A stretch of 64,000 bases of DNA from the NCBI GenBank assembly GCA_013265495.1, contig MU058153.1, positions 560,001 through 624,000 on the forward strand, given 5' to 3'. The stretch comes from Vicugna vicugna. Taxonomy: Eukaryota. The notes under the pieces are model-generated. The model was not told the origin of the DNA. It did no database searches and saw only the letters and a program-made list of their open reading frames with translations. The position numbers and the translations under genes were made by a program. Of the stretch, positions 11,875 to 22,834 are shown in pieces. The stretch's first letter is position 1; every line of letters begins with the position of its first letter.

Positions 11875-11977
11875 GCCTACTGAGAATGCTGCTTTCCGGT
11901 GTCCAGGTAATACAATTGTGTGATAGCAGATTTTCTCCAGTAAAACTCCAGAAGTTGAACGCGCAGGACCAGAACAT
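11875..11977 (+). pseudogene. Pseudo-exon, end of a second Cys repeat
   Basis: ttgaaattag| ... CAT|gtaata; contains FRCPGNTIV (11894-11920), with ECC just upstream in a shifted frame. Confidence 0.45.
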
Positions 11978-12197
11978 GTAATAAAAACTCAGAGTTCAGA
12001 CCCTGCTATTTTGAACATGATTATATAAACGGCTTATAAAATGCTACTTCACATTTACTGTTTTCCAGAACACAAAAGTAATACACTAATGAACATAAAT
12101 ATCACACACACACATGCACATGCACCATGTCATAACAGCTTTAAATGCCAAAAATAACAGTACGATTTTTGTGGGGCAAGTTACTTATCTATTTTAG

Positions 12198-12334
12198 ATA
12201 CCAGCCATGTTCAAGGGTTTGAATTTAAACTCTTAGTGAATTTTTATTTAGCGATTTTATTTCACCAGGTTATTTCCCCTCATGTCTAGATGGAAGAAAC
12301 TCAGGAGAGGAAAACAAGCTTCATTTTGACTCAG
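12198..12334 (+). pseudogene. Candidate pseudo-exon
   Basis: tctattttag|; DTSHVQGFEFKLLVNFYLAILFHQVISPHV*MEETQERKTSFILTQ; donor apparently decayed (CAG|atatat). Confidence 0.4.
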
Positions 12335-12860
12335 ATATATTATTCAGAGTATTCCTTAAAAACAGAGCCTAATTTATTGTTTTGAACAATCTGAAGTGAA
12401 AACAAGCAATAAATTTTGTTCTGGGCTCTTCTCCCTCTGGTAACTGGCTTATGTCATAAAGTTTTATTTCACCTGAATTTTCTCATTGCATTTGAAGATC
12501 AATCATAGCCCCTAGTGTATTCTTCTTTTATATACATGCTTTTTTTTTTCTTCCACTGTTCTTTTTTTTTTTAGTGTGTGGTTATAATTCAGCTTTTTCC
12601 TTTTTTGGTTTTGCCTTAATATTCTTAAACTAAATTTAATTCTCAGGAATAATAACTAAGTAGTCGAGTGCTAACAATGTGGCAGATAGGGGCTGAGGGG
12701 TAGGTCTCTACACATAAGCTTATCTGCAGGGTGATGAATGTCTCATGAAACGCAGTTGAATTTTAGGGGGTCATGCTTTATAAAAGTGCAGACTACATCC
12801 CTTGAACTGCTTGATTATTTTCTGAAGAGGTATCTACTGGAATGAAACTTTATTTTCAAG

Positions 12861-13212
12861 GTGGAAGCACCTGCATGTGATTTATGTACTCCTTATGGGA
12901 CTTTGCATGAGATCCTTTATACATATTTTATTTGTGGGTTTTCTCTCGTTACTAAGGCTAATGTAGAAATGATCACAACTTGTTAACTAAAACTTGTGTC
13001 AGTCAGAAGCCAGACAACCCATTGGGTGATAGACAGCACTGGGACAGCCAAAGTAAAATATCTCTGTTGTTGGAGGATGGGGAGTGGGGAAAAAGTCATA
13101 AACTCAGCAATAACGTTGAAAAATTACTATTCAAGGAGCACTAATCAAGAAATACAAAGAAGCTAACACCTCTGTTGAGCCACATAATTATTTCTTCTAG
13201 TGGTGCGAACAA
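12861..13212 (+). pseudogene. Pseudo-exon, 352 nt, phase 0-1
   Basis: tttattttcaag| ... AA|gtaaga; VEAPACDLCTPYGTLHEILYTYFICGFSLVTKANVEMITTC*LKLVSVRSQTTHWVIDSTGTAKVKYLCCWRMGSGEKVINSAITLKNYYSRSTNQEIQRS*, about 100 codons with one internal stop. Confidence 0.6.
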
Positions 13213-13688
13213 GTAAGAAATAGTCTTATAACAATTTTAATGTTTATAATACAGTTTATTGTCTATAATCACTGTACTGTGTATTAGATCTAATTAGATT
13301 AGATTAGTATGTACACTTAAACATGGGATGTTCAGTTGTTAACCACATTAGTGATTTAGAAGTTTCATTCCACAAAGAAATAAATGTCTCATGAATTGGC
13401 AATGATTTTATGCCATATCTATGAAACAAAGAAGTCTTTGTAATGTAATAATGACATGAACTGACCAAAATGTATACTGTTGATCATTATGAAGAATTAA
13501 TTATGAATTAAGAAAATGTTAGCTTATTACTATCTGGCATTTGTGTAGTTTCTGTACTGTTTCAGAGTAATAGGTAAAATATTACCAAACACAGGGAAAA
13601 ATAATTTTTAAAAAATACCAAGAAGAAAAAAAAGGGAAGAAGAGCAATTCCTTTTTTTTCTTTATTCATGATATCTATGAACTAAGAC

Positions 13689-14070
13689 TGTTTTTGGAGA
13701 TAGTGAATTAATTAAACAAGGAGGCCATCAGATTGAGGTGACTCTAATTAATGTCTTGGTGCCTGTGTAAGCCAACTGAGACCTTAGCCAAAGTCAATTC
13801 CTAGAAATGAATTTGTATCAAGAATAAGAAATTTAAATAACCAGTCACAAGCAGCCAACTATGCTTTCCCAAATAAGGTAACTACTTCAGCGATGACCAG
13901 CAAAATAATTCCTTTGTCTAGCTTCAGAGAAGACACCAGGAAAGTCTGTCCCCCGGCTCCTAAATCAGAGCCCTCCAGCCACTTTTGGCTTGGTGCTTTC
14001 CAGTTTGAATCCATATTTGCTCAAATAAACTCTTGAAGATTCTGGTGTACTTCTCAGCTTATCTTAGACA
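13689..14070 (+). mobile_element. ERV1-class solo LTR
   Basis: TG...CA ends, aaacaaggaggccat 5' motif, AATAAA near 14024; TSD not clear. Confidence 0.65.
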
Positions 14071-14139
14071 GAAGCATGATTTGGATAGGAAATTAGAAAG
14101 AAATCTTTTTAATAGTAAAATATTTACTTGGTTTCATTC

Positions 14140-14531
14140 ATGCTGGGGACTGTGGTCTTGATTCCTGGAAAGCCGAACTGATTCAACCGGGGTATTCAGC
14201 ATAAGAAAATTTAGGGTGGCGCTGAGGATTAGCTAAGTAGAGATTCAGGTGATACTTGGCACCAGATTCCTTTAAGATGTGTTAAATGTGGTTGTGTATC
14301 TGAAACTCTCAGAATGGATATTTTGCTTTCAAGAACTTGAGATTATAAATATTTTGAGGAGAAACCTAACTAAAGGTAAAGAAAAGACCTCCCTGACCCC
14401 TTGAGCCTTCATCCTACCCTCTGGTTCTATGAGAAAATGTCATTGCCACACTTGAAGATGCTCCAGGGTTGAGATTATGACCAAATGAACGGAGGAAAAT
14501 GTTTTCACCCATTGTAGACATGGAGCCTCAG
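14140..14531 (+). pseudogene. Candidate pseudo-exon(s) containing an Asp-box motif
   Basis: Frame reads LSRDSGDTWHQIPLRCVKCGCVSE; donors AAG|gtaaag near 14375 and CAG|gtaaga at 14531/14532; acceptor not clear. Confidence 0.4.
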
Positions 14532-14750
14532 GTAAGAAGAAGGTGCACTTAAGCCTAGCTGCTCTGAGGCAGTGAGAGGGGGAAGGGGCCTAATATTAGC
14601 CCCTAAAATGGAGAAGTGACATGGGGACAGCTAGAGGCACAAAGGGGAGCTTTCTGTGTACTTTTTATAATCAATGGGCTAGAAGCAGAGATGATATATC
14701 ATGGTGGATGGGACTCAGAGAGGTCCAACGTGAGCACCCACTTCCCTGCC

Positions 14751-15194
14751 TGTGATAGGAGGAGTGATGTCCCAGAGATACCCAGGCCCGACCCCTGGCA
14801 CCTGTCAATGTCACCTTGTATGGCAAAGGCGATTTTGCAGGTGTGATCTTGAGATGGGGAATTTATACTACAGAAGAGAAGGCCATGGGACAGAAGCAGA
14901 GTCAGAGAGAGAAAAGATGCTACATTGCTGGCTGTGAAGACAGAAGGAGCTGTGAGCCAAGGAACCTTCGGAATACAGCTCTAGAAGGTGGAAAAAGCAG
15001 GAAATGAATTCAATGCTGGAGACTACCATGGCCGGCTGACACTTTAACTTTAGTTCAGTGAAACTGATTTCAGACTTCTGACCCTCAGAATTTCAAGAGA
15101 ATACATTTGTATTGTGTTAAGTTACTAAGTTTGGGGGAAGGGTATAGCTAAGTTTATAGTAACTTGTTATAGCAGCAACAGAAAACGGATATTA
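14751..15194 (+). mobile_element. MaLR solo LTR (MLT1D-like)
   Basis: tgtgatagg...atgtcaccttgtatggcaaag...ttgttatagcagcaacagaaaac matches MLT1D. Confidence 0.85.
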
Positions 15195-16241
15195 TCACCC
15201 ATAAAGAAGATTAACTAGGAGGCCTCCCCCTTATTAATTCTGAGTGATTCTGCAATACTGACCGTAGGCAGGCAGAGACTTGTTAAGTACCTTCAGAGAG
15301 AGAAGAGAAGAGAGAGAAATTTTCAGTGACTTCTAGAATTCTCCACCAACACCAGTTTGTGCAGAAGCTATTTATAGGCTTGGCCTTCAGGCTACTGCCT
15401 TTTTTCTTTCTTTTCTTTTGCTTTAAAAAAAACCACAAACTTTTATTTTTTATGCTCAGAAGTCGATAAACTGTTTCTTTAGCTGTATATATAAAGTACA
15501 ACGCTTGAGAAAATGTTGCTGTTCATCAGAAAAGAGATGCGACTTCTGTGAACAAGCAAATTTAAAATGTGTGAGAGACCAGTAATAAAAGAGTTGTGAG
15601 CTGAGCTCACAAGGAATAGACTGCCTCCTCCCTCGAGGGACTGGCCTTCTGATATGAGTGAAGGCTCTTTTTGTTCAATTAATGAATATTTAAAATAAAA
15701 GCTCAGGTTTATTTTAGATTCAGCTGCATTTCCTTACTTGCTATAGAAGCTAGTATTGGGAAAGGTGTAAGGTTTAATGTATGTATATGGATGGGTGGAT
15801 CTTAATAGACCATGAATACTATCAATTATCATTAATTTGTCTGATCAAGTTTTCAATGAAAGATATTTTCCCTAAGATATATTTCTGATTATAATTATAG
15901 TATCTTCTCCCTAGGAACTTAGATTGGATATGGACCAGAACACAGGGATCATATAATAATCAGTTGACATTAAAACAAAAATATGCTAGTAGAACTGTAT
16001 TGAAGAGTGCCTAGAACTATGCCATTTTTCCTAGTGACACTAGAAATATGTTTAGCCAGCAAATTGACAGACTGGAGAATTCAAAGCAGAATTCAGAGAT
16101 AGAATTTAAATGATAACAACCATATAATGTAGCTACGTATTGTAATTCATGTCCAATTTTTACCTATGAAATCACCAATAAAAGTTGAAATCAATCTTTT
16201 CTTTAACAGTCCACACAGAAACATATTTTGGATCATTGCAG

Positions 16242-16381
16242 AATTAGCCTGTTGCTGTTATAAGGAATTAGTGACTGGAACTGTCTGGGTAGTGTATTTA
16301 GAAGGAAATATTACGCGAGATGTTCAAACATTAGTGTGCATGGGAAAATTATGTGAAGATCCATGCTTTCTATTAGTTGTG
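16242..16381 (+). pseudogene. Pseudo-exon, 140 nt, phase 1-0, stop-free
   Basis: cattgcag| ... GTG|gtaatg; LACCCYKELVTGTVWVVYLEGNITRDVQTLVCMGKLCEDPCFLLVV; followed by an 89-nt GT-AG intron (16382-16470). Confidence 0.65.
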
Positions 16382-16470
16382 GTAATGTATTTAGAATCAA
16401 GGCTGACTGTAAGAGGCTTTTGTATTTGCAAAAAAGGAAGATACAGAAAGTTGCTATATATTTTCTGTAG

Positions 16471-16941
16471 CCTCTACCAGAAGATGAAGTTGATGGAATG
16501 GCTTATGGTCTGGATTTGACATATTTTTTTTTATTGTAACATTAATGAAAATGGAAACAGTGTGCAAGGTGAAGCCAAGATGCCTCTTCCAAATGTGATC
16601 CAGTGATCTGGAGAAACACTGTCTGTGGTGACATCACCATATTCACAAAACGAATATCCACTCATGCCTGGTGGATGTGATAACTGTCAAGCCGTCTTCC
16701 TATTTTAAAGCCAGGGTTTTATTTCCTGGAAAACTGCCTGGTAATTACACCATCCAAAACTTTAACACAGACTCTTTTGCTTTATACTCAAACCATGAAT
16801 ATCATGTAGTAGTGTCATAATTTATTTTTAATGTCGACTTATTTAATGCTACTGTTACCTAACATTGTGGTAGTCTTCATGGAGGAGATAATAAATAAGT
16901 ATTTAAATTTCTCTTGTTAGGAAGTTTACCATTAGGAATAA
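16471..16941 (+). pseudogene. Pseudo-exon, 471 nt, two +1 frameshifts and four stops
   Basis: ttttctgtag| ... AA|gtaaga. Removing one T from each of two T-runs (16524-16532, 16703-16706) gives PLPEDEVDGMAYGLDLTYFFYCNINENGNSVQGEAKMPLPNVIQ*SGETLSVVTSPYSQNEYPLMPGGCDNCQAVFLFKARVLFPGKLPGNYTIQNFNTDSFALYSNHEYHVVVS*FIFNVDLFNATVT*HCGSLHGGDNK*VFKFLLLGSLPLGI. Confidence 0.68.
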
Positions 16942-17639
16942 GTAAGATTTGTGCATGCCAAATAGAAAATAATGATGCAGAACAAAAAAGTCCCCACGTG
17001 AGTTACCTTACTTCACCCTGGTCTGCTCACGAACCAGCCTCGAACTCCCTCTCCGTACTTCAGCAGTATGGGCTTTGTTTCTTTTCCTCAAATCCCTTTT
17101 GCTTTCTCTACTTATTGGTTCCTTGCATGAGCTTTTCCTCTGGTGGAATACTCTTCTTCACCTCGTGCCAGTTCACTTAATTAACTCTTTCTCTTTGTTC
17201 AGTCTCAGCTTAAACATGCTTCTTTAGTGAATTCTTTCATGATCTCGCTTCCTTCTCATCTGTTTTCTTTTAAAACCGTATAACTCTATATTGTAATTCC
17301 TATTTCAGTTTTCTGTTAGATATTTGTGGGATTAAAACAAAACTCACATCTGTTTTCTTCACGAGACTGTAAAATATGTATTTCATTCCCATTTGATTCC
17401 AAGCCTCCTTGAGAATTTCTTGGCTACCGGTAGGTGAATCATAGACATAGGTAGAGTGATTGAAGCCCAGTACTGTTTTGGGGAATCTGAGCATGGAAGC
17501 TCAGTGCTAATGGGCTTTGAGATGGTACAGAAGGATGGAGGGAGATGCCTACATAAAGCATGATTTTAGTTGTTTTAAGGCTTTAGAAAAGGCATAGGGT
17601 GAGAAGATTCTCAAAGTGGAGAAGTCTTTACATGTATCA

Positions 17640-17780
17640 CCTTTGGAGCTAGAAAGCTCAAGTTTGAACTTCAGTTGAGTCAATTACCAGCCTTTGGCAC
17701 TTTATTTTCCTTCTCTAAGATTTGTCTTTTTAATCTTTGAAATAGATGCAATAATGGCTTGCATCATGAGTTGTTATAAA
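17640..17780 (+). mobile_element. MIR remnant
   Basis: ctttggagctagaaagctcaagtttgaa... degenerate MIR core. Confidence 0.45.
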
Positions 17781-18526
17781 GCAGTAGCTTCCAATCATTT
17801 GCATTCTGTCTTTACAGTTTTTGAATATCTGTGTTTCACCAGTATTCAAAATTATTTTTTCTTTAATTTTTCCTTCTCTCCCCTCTTTTTAAAAAAGTTA
17901 ATCTCTTTTTGAACTAGAATATCTGTAAAATCATGTTTTTGTTCTGCTAGCTATAGTTTTTCTGGTGTGTATTATATATACACTTAGATATTTGAAATGT
18001 TCATAATAAATCTGCAAACCACTCATAATTATCCCATATGCCAACAGCAGCTAGAAAAGAAACACAGAACAAGGAGGTTAGGAAAGTAGGGAATACACAG
18101 AAGATACCCTAATCCAATCACTCTGCCCTCCCAGACTCAAGTCTTTTATGAGACTTTGCCCTTCTCTGAGCATAGGTTAAAGCTGAAATGCTGAGACAAG
18201 AAAATACAAATGTTGGTTGCTTTACTTAAATAGAATTTTCAAAGAAAATATCGTATATTATTTATAATTCTTAAAAAGCCTTTTTATTACGTTCTATTTC
18301 ACATTTAGTCACAATCTTGTATTTCCGGTTGGTCATTAATTACTACCACTGTCGCCACTACTAGCTAACCTGTACCCAAGATTTAAGAACTTTATCTACA
18401 TCATAAACATTAGATATGTATTAGTTTGGCCACTAATTTAAATGGAGAAAGGTAAGTTCAGAGAGGTTTATGTAACCTGTACTGATTTATTACTCTTGGG
18501 ATGGGTGACAGCTAACTCAATGCCTC

Positions 18527-20899
18527 TTTTTTTTTTTTTACATTTTTTATTGATTCATAATCATTTTACAGTGTTGTGTCAAATTCCAGTGTTCAGCACA
18601 ATTTTTCAGTCATTCATGGACATATACACACTCATTGTCACATTTTTTTCTCTGTGATTTATCATAACATTTTGTGTATATTTCCCTGTGCTATACAGTG
18701 TAATCTTGTTTATCTATTCTACAATTTTGAAATCCCAGTCTATCCCTTCCCACCCTCTACCCCCCTGGTAACCACAAGTCTGTATTCTCTGTCCATGAGT
18801 CTATTTCTGTCCTGTATTTATGCTTTGTTTTTGTTTGTTTGTTTGTTTTTGTTTTTTAGATTCCACATATGAGCGATCTCATATGGTATTTTTCTTTCTC
18901 TTTCTGGCTTACTTCACTTAGAATGACATTCTCCAGGAGCATCCATGTTGCTGCAAATGGCATTATGTTGTCGGTTTTTATGGCTGAGTAGTATTCCATT
19001 GTATAAATATACCACCTCTTCTTTATCCAGTCACCTGTTGATGGACATTTAGGTTGTTTCCATGTTTTGGCTATTGTAAATAGTGCTGCTATGAACATTG
19101 GGGTGCAGGTGTCATCCTGAAGTAGATTTCCTTCTGGGTACAAGCCCAGGAGTGGGATTCCTGGGTCATATGGTAAGTCTATTCCTAGTCTTTTGAGGAA
19201 TCTCCACACTGTTTTCCATAGTGGCTGCACCAAACTGCATTCCCACCAGCAGTGTAGGAGGGTTCCCCTTTCTCCACAGCCTCTCCAGCATTTGTCATTT
19301 GTGGATTTTTGAATGACGGCCATTCTGACTGGTGTGAGGTGATACCTCATTGTAGTTTTGATTTGCATTTCTCTGATAATTAGTGATATTGAACATTTTT
19401 TCATGTGCTTTTTGATCATTTGTATGTCTTCCTTGGAGAATTGCTTGTTTAGGTCTTCTGCCCATTTTTGGATTGGGTTGTTTATTTTTTTCTTATTGAG
19501 TCGTATGAGCTGCTTATATATTTTGGAGATCAAGCCTTTGTCGGTTTCACTTGCAAAAATTTTCTCCCATTCCGTAGGTTTTCTTCTTGTTTTATTTCTG
19601 GTTTCCTTTGCTCTGCAGAAGCTTGTAAGTTTCATTAGGTCCCATTTGTTTATTCTTGCTTTTATTTCTTCTAGGAGAAAATTTTTGAAATGTATGTCAG
19701 ATAATGTTTTGCCTATGTTTTCCTCTAGGAGGTTTATTGTATCTTGTCTTATGTTTAAGTCTTTAATCCATTTTGAGTTGATTTTTGTATATGGTGTAAG
19801 GGTGTGTTCTAGCTTCATTGTTTTACATGCTGCTGTCCAGTTTTCCCAACACCATTTGCTGAAGAGACTGTCTTTATTCCATTGTATATTCTTGCCTCCT
19901 TTGTCGAAGATGAGTTGACCAAAAGTTTGTGGGTTCATTTCTGGGCTCTCTATTCTGTTCCATTGGTCTATATGTCTGTTTTGGTACCAATACCATGCTG
20001 TCTTGATGACTGTAGCTCTATAGTATTGTCTGAAGTCTGGGAGAGTTATTCCTCCAGCCTCTTTCTTTCTCTTCAGTAATGCTTTAGCAATTCTAGGTCT
20101 TTGATGGTTCCATATAAATTTTATTATGATTTGTTCTAGTTCTGTGAAATATGTCCTGGGTAATTGGATAGGGATTGCATTAAATCTGTAGATTGCCTTG
20201 GGCAGTGTGACCATTTTAACAATATTGATTCTTCCAATCCAAGAGCATGGAATATCTTTCCATTTTTTAAAGTCTTCTTTAATTTCCTTCATCAATGGTT
20301 TATAGTTTTCTGTGTATAATTCTTTCACCTCCTTGGTTAGATTTATTCCCAGATATTTTATTACTTTGGGTGCTATTTTAAAGGGGATTGTTTCTTTACT
20401 TTCTTTTTCTGTTGATTTATCGTTAGTGTAAAGAAAGGCAACTGATTTTTGAACATTAATTTTGTAACCTGCTACCTTGCTGAATTCTTCGATCAGCTCT
20501 AGTAGCTTTTTTGTGGACCTTTTAGGGTTTTCTATATATAGTAACATGTCGTCAGCATATAATGACACTTTTACCTCTTCTTTTCCAATTTGGATCCCTT
20601 TTATTTCTTTCTCTTGCCTGATTGCTGTGGCTAGGACTTCCAGGACTATATTGAATAGGAGTGGTGATAGTGGGCATCCTTGTCTTGTCCCAGATTTTAG
20701 TGGGAAGCTTTTGAGTTTTTCACCGTTGAGAACTATGCTGGCTATAGGTTTGTCATATATAGCTTTTATTATGTTGAGATATGTTCCCTCTATACCCACT
20801 TTGGCGAGAGTTTTTATCATAAATGGGTGTTGAATTTTATCAAATGCTTTTTCTGCATCGATTGAGATGATCATGTGGTTTTTGTCCTTTCTTTTGCTG
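18527..20899 (-). mobile_element. Young 5'-truncated LINE-1 (about 2.37 kb)
   Basis: Poly(A) seen as T-run 18527-18539, 3' UTR and an uninterrupted ORF2 C-terminal part. Confidence 0.98.
18856..20874 (-). CDS. LINE-1 ORF2p C-terminal 672 aa (partial reverse transcriptase and C-terminal Cys-rich region); lacks endonuclease and promoter, so non-autonomous
   Basis: RT motifs [50 protein letters not shown] knuckle. Confidence 0.95.
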   Translation of the reverse strand: MIISIDAEKAFDKIQHPFMIKTLAKVGIEGTYLNIIKAIYDKPIASIVLNGEKLKSFPLKSGTRQGCPLSPLLFNIVLEVLATAIRQEKEIKGIQIGKEEVKVSLYADDMLLYIENPKRSTKKLLELIEEFSKVAGYKINVQKSVAFLYTNDKSTEKESKETIPFKIAPKVIKYLGINLTKEVKELYTENYKPLMKEIKEDFKKWKDIPCSWIGRINIVKMVTLPKAIYRFNAIPIQLPRTYFTELEQIIIKFIWNHQRPRIAKALLKRKKEAGGITLPDFRQYYRATVIKTAWYWYQNRHIDQWNRIESPEMNPQTFGQLIFDKGGKNIQWNKDSLFSKWCWENWTAACKTMKLEHTLTPYTKINSKWIKDLNIRQDTINLLEENIGKTLSDIHFKNFLLEEIKARINKWDLMKLTSFCRAKETRNKTRRKPTEWEKIFASETDKGLISKIYKQLIRLNKKKINNPIQKWAEDLNKQFSKEDIQMIKKHMKKCSISLIIREMQIKTTMRYHLTPVRMAVIQKSTNDKCWRGCGERGTLLHCWWECSLVQPLWKTVWRFLKRLGIDLPYDPGIPLLGLYPEGNLLQDDTCTPMFIAALFTIAKTWKQPKCPSTGDWIKKRWYIYTMEYYSAIKTDNIMPFAATWMLLENVILSEVSQKEKEKYHMRSLICGI

Positions 20900-20929
20900 G
20901 TCTAAAAGTACAGTTAAAATATTGGGGAA

Positions 20930-21110
20930 GAAGGAGTGCTGTTGTCAAATGCTTTTGGAAATTCTGGGTTAACACAGGAAACATCACTTTAATTCAGGGC
21001 CTCTCAGAGCTACTAATATGCTAACTTGCATTCCCCCATCTATGGAGTCACTCGGGCAGAGTTTCCTTTCCGTCTAGTAATTTGCAAAATGTATTTGGAG
21101 GAAATGCTGT
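20930..21110. mobile_element. hAT-Charlie-type MITE, one end missing
   Basis: gtcaaatgcttttggaaattctgggttaa...ctctcagagc..taatatgctaa...ggaaatgctg. Confidence 0.5.
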
Positions 21111-21499
21111 CCTGATGACTTCTGACTTACATCATCTAATCATCAAATATATTATTTTAATAACATAAATCTCACAAAAGAATATATGGAAAATTTGTAT
21201 GCTTTGGGTTTGCTTGGCTGAATTGTTGAAAACCTAACAGCAGCAGATTGGCAACTGTGAATGCAATATTTAGACAAGACCAGAATAGTTTTCAACAATT
21301 ATATCACATCACATAGTTTAGAAATGTGAGCTATCTTAATTCAGGATGCCCAATATCCCCCTTGCTGATCCCATCTCTAGGGAATCGGGGTTGGAGGATG
21401 GGAAATTAAAGTCATGCCAGAAACAATACTAAAAATAAAAGTCCATGATCCAAAATGTGGAAGATTTTATATAAACTTAAGATTTTAGAGCAGCTAGTT

Positions 21500-21700
21500 A
21501 GAACCGCCTAGTAGCACAACAACTGTGCAGCGTTGGCACTTTTCTAAAATGATAAATTAGGCCCCCAAACCAAGGGTTCCAGCCCTAGACTGCAGTCAGT
21601 CTGGACTCTGGAGAAGGGCATGCCTTTTTGTAATTCACTTGCTCCCAAAGGGACTCCTTTTTATAACTTTCACAAAGTCACGGTATAAGCTACTAGTAGA
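21500..21700. mobile_element. MER91-like hAT-Tip100 remnant
   Basis: cctttttgtaattcac ... cacaaagtcacggtataagcta resembles the MER91 end. Confidence 0.4.
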
Positions 21701-22215
21701 TTAAAAAATCAAGGATTTGGAACCGAGGGGGTGCACAGTTTGAGATCACAGTTGGTGGACTAGAACATCATTCATACTGTTCAACATGATTTTACATGCT
21801 TTTTGATACATGTTATGAGAATGGGTGAGCTTAGCTTATATTACTAGAAGAGGAGTGGTCTGCAGTAGCATTTAGCACCAATTGAACATACCACATAGTA
21901 ATTTTCCAGATACACTTTCAGAAACAAAGCTCTATTTTGCAGAGTCACAGGGTGAATGATACGGATTTATAGCAACCACTGAAAGTTGATTTGAATCATC
22001 CTGTATGGAAGCTGGCTTGGTTTTGATGTTATTTCTAGCTATTTAAATTCTTGAATGTAGATTGTGTAGGTTCTCTGATTTGATTTATATTAATTAGGAT
22101 ACATTCCAAGTCCTGCATTACAATAGTGTCTTTTTAAAAGTTTATTTATTAGTTTAAGAGCTTTGGGAATGCATTCTGGAATCTTTTTCTTTTTAAGCAT
22201 GTCTCACCTGTTTCA

Positions 22216-22294
22216 TAGGTTGAACAATATGAAATTGACAGTATTTAGCCGTATTTAACCTAAAACAAATGACCTTTTCACATGGCTCAATTTA
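22216..22294. mobile_element. MADE2-like mariner MITE (about 80 bp)
   Basis: Inverted termini taggttgaacaatatgaaa ... tttcacatggctcaattta. Confidence 0.75.
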
Positions 22295-22612
22295 GAAGGA
22301 CCATATGTGATATTTCACCATCTACCTGAAAAAAAGCCGAAGACCACGTTACTTTGGAAGGACAAAGATATGTTACTAGTGTCAGTGACACCTTAGAATG
22401 TCTAACTATGTCTGAGAATGCCCTCTTGATATATAAACAAATTTGGAAGAATTAACAATATGAACAGTGTCCTGCCTCACTGTTAACATAGATTAAGATC
22501 ACTTTTAGGATAACACATATTTAAGTTGTGCAGATGGGAAATTCTGTAGTTTGTATCTTACAAAGCGAGTGACAACTCACTGTGTATTCACATTTTCTGG
22601 CATTGTTTTCAG

Positions 22613-22677
22613 GCTCCAATTTTGAGGATATAATTTAGACCCACATTCTTGCTCATAATGGCTCTGTGAAGGATAAG
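22613..22677 (+). pseudogene. Pseudo-exon, 65 nt, phase 1-0
   Basis: ttgttttcag| ... AAG|gtacat; SNFEDII*THILAHNGSVKDK. Confidence 0.5.
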
Positions 22678-22834
22678 GTACATTTATTTTCTGCCTCTTT
22701 CTTCTTGTTGCCAAATTATTAGTCAGAAAGACAGATAATTATAAGGTGAAGGTTAACAGCCTGCTTCGCGTCCCTGAATCTCACCCCACTTCTCTTTCTC
22801 TCTTCCCTTCTGGACCTGTCTCTCTTTGCATTAG

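Noticed and set aside
17320..17429. Exon-like block (ttag| ... CCG|gtaggt) in phase with the fossil gene
   Set aside because: It overlaps sequence resembling an L2 3' region (tctgttttcttcacgagactgtaa), so the splice-like signals may be chance; not counted.
19358..20833. Plus-strand ORFs of 186, 65 and 118 aa
   Set aside because: Antisense shadows of L1 ORF2; their hydrophobic composition reflects the A-rich L1 sense strand.
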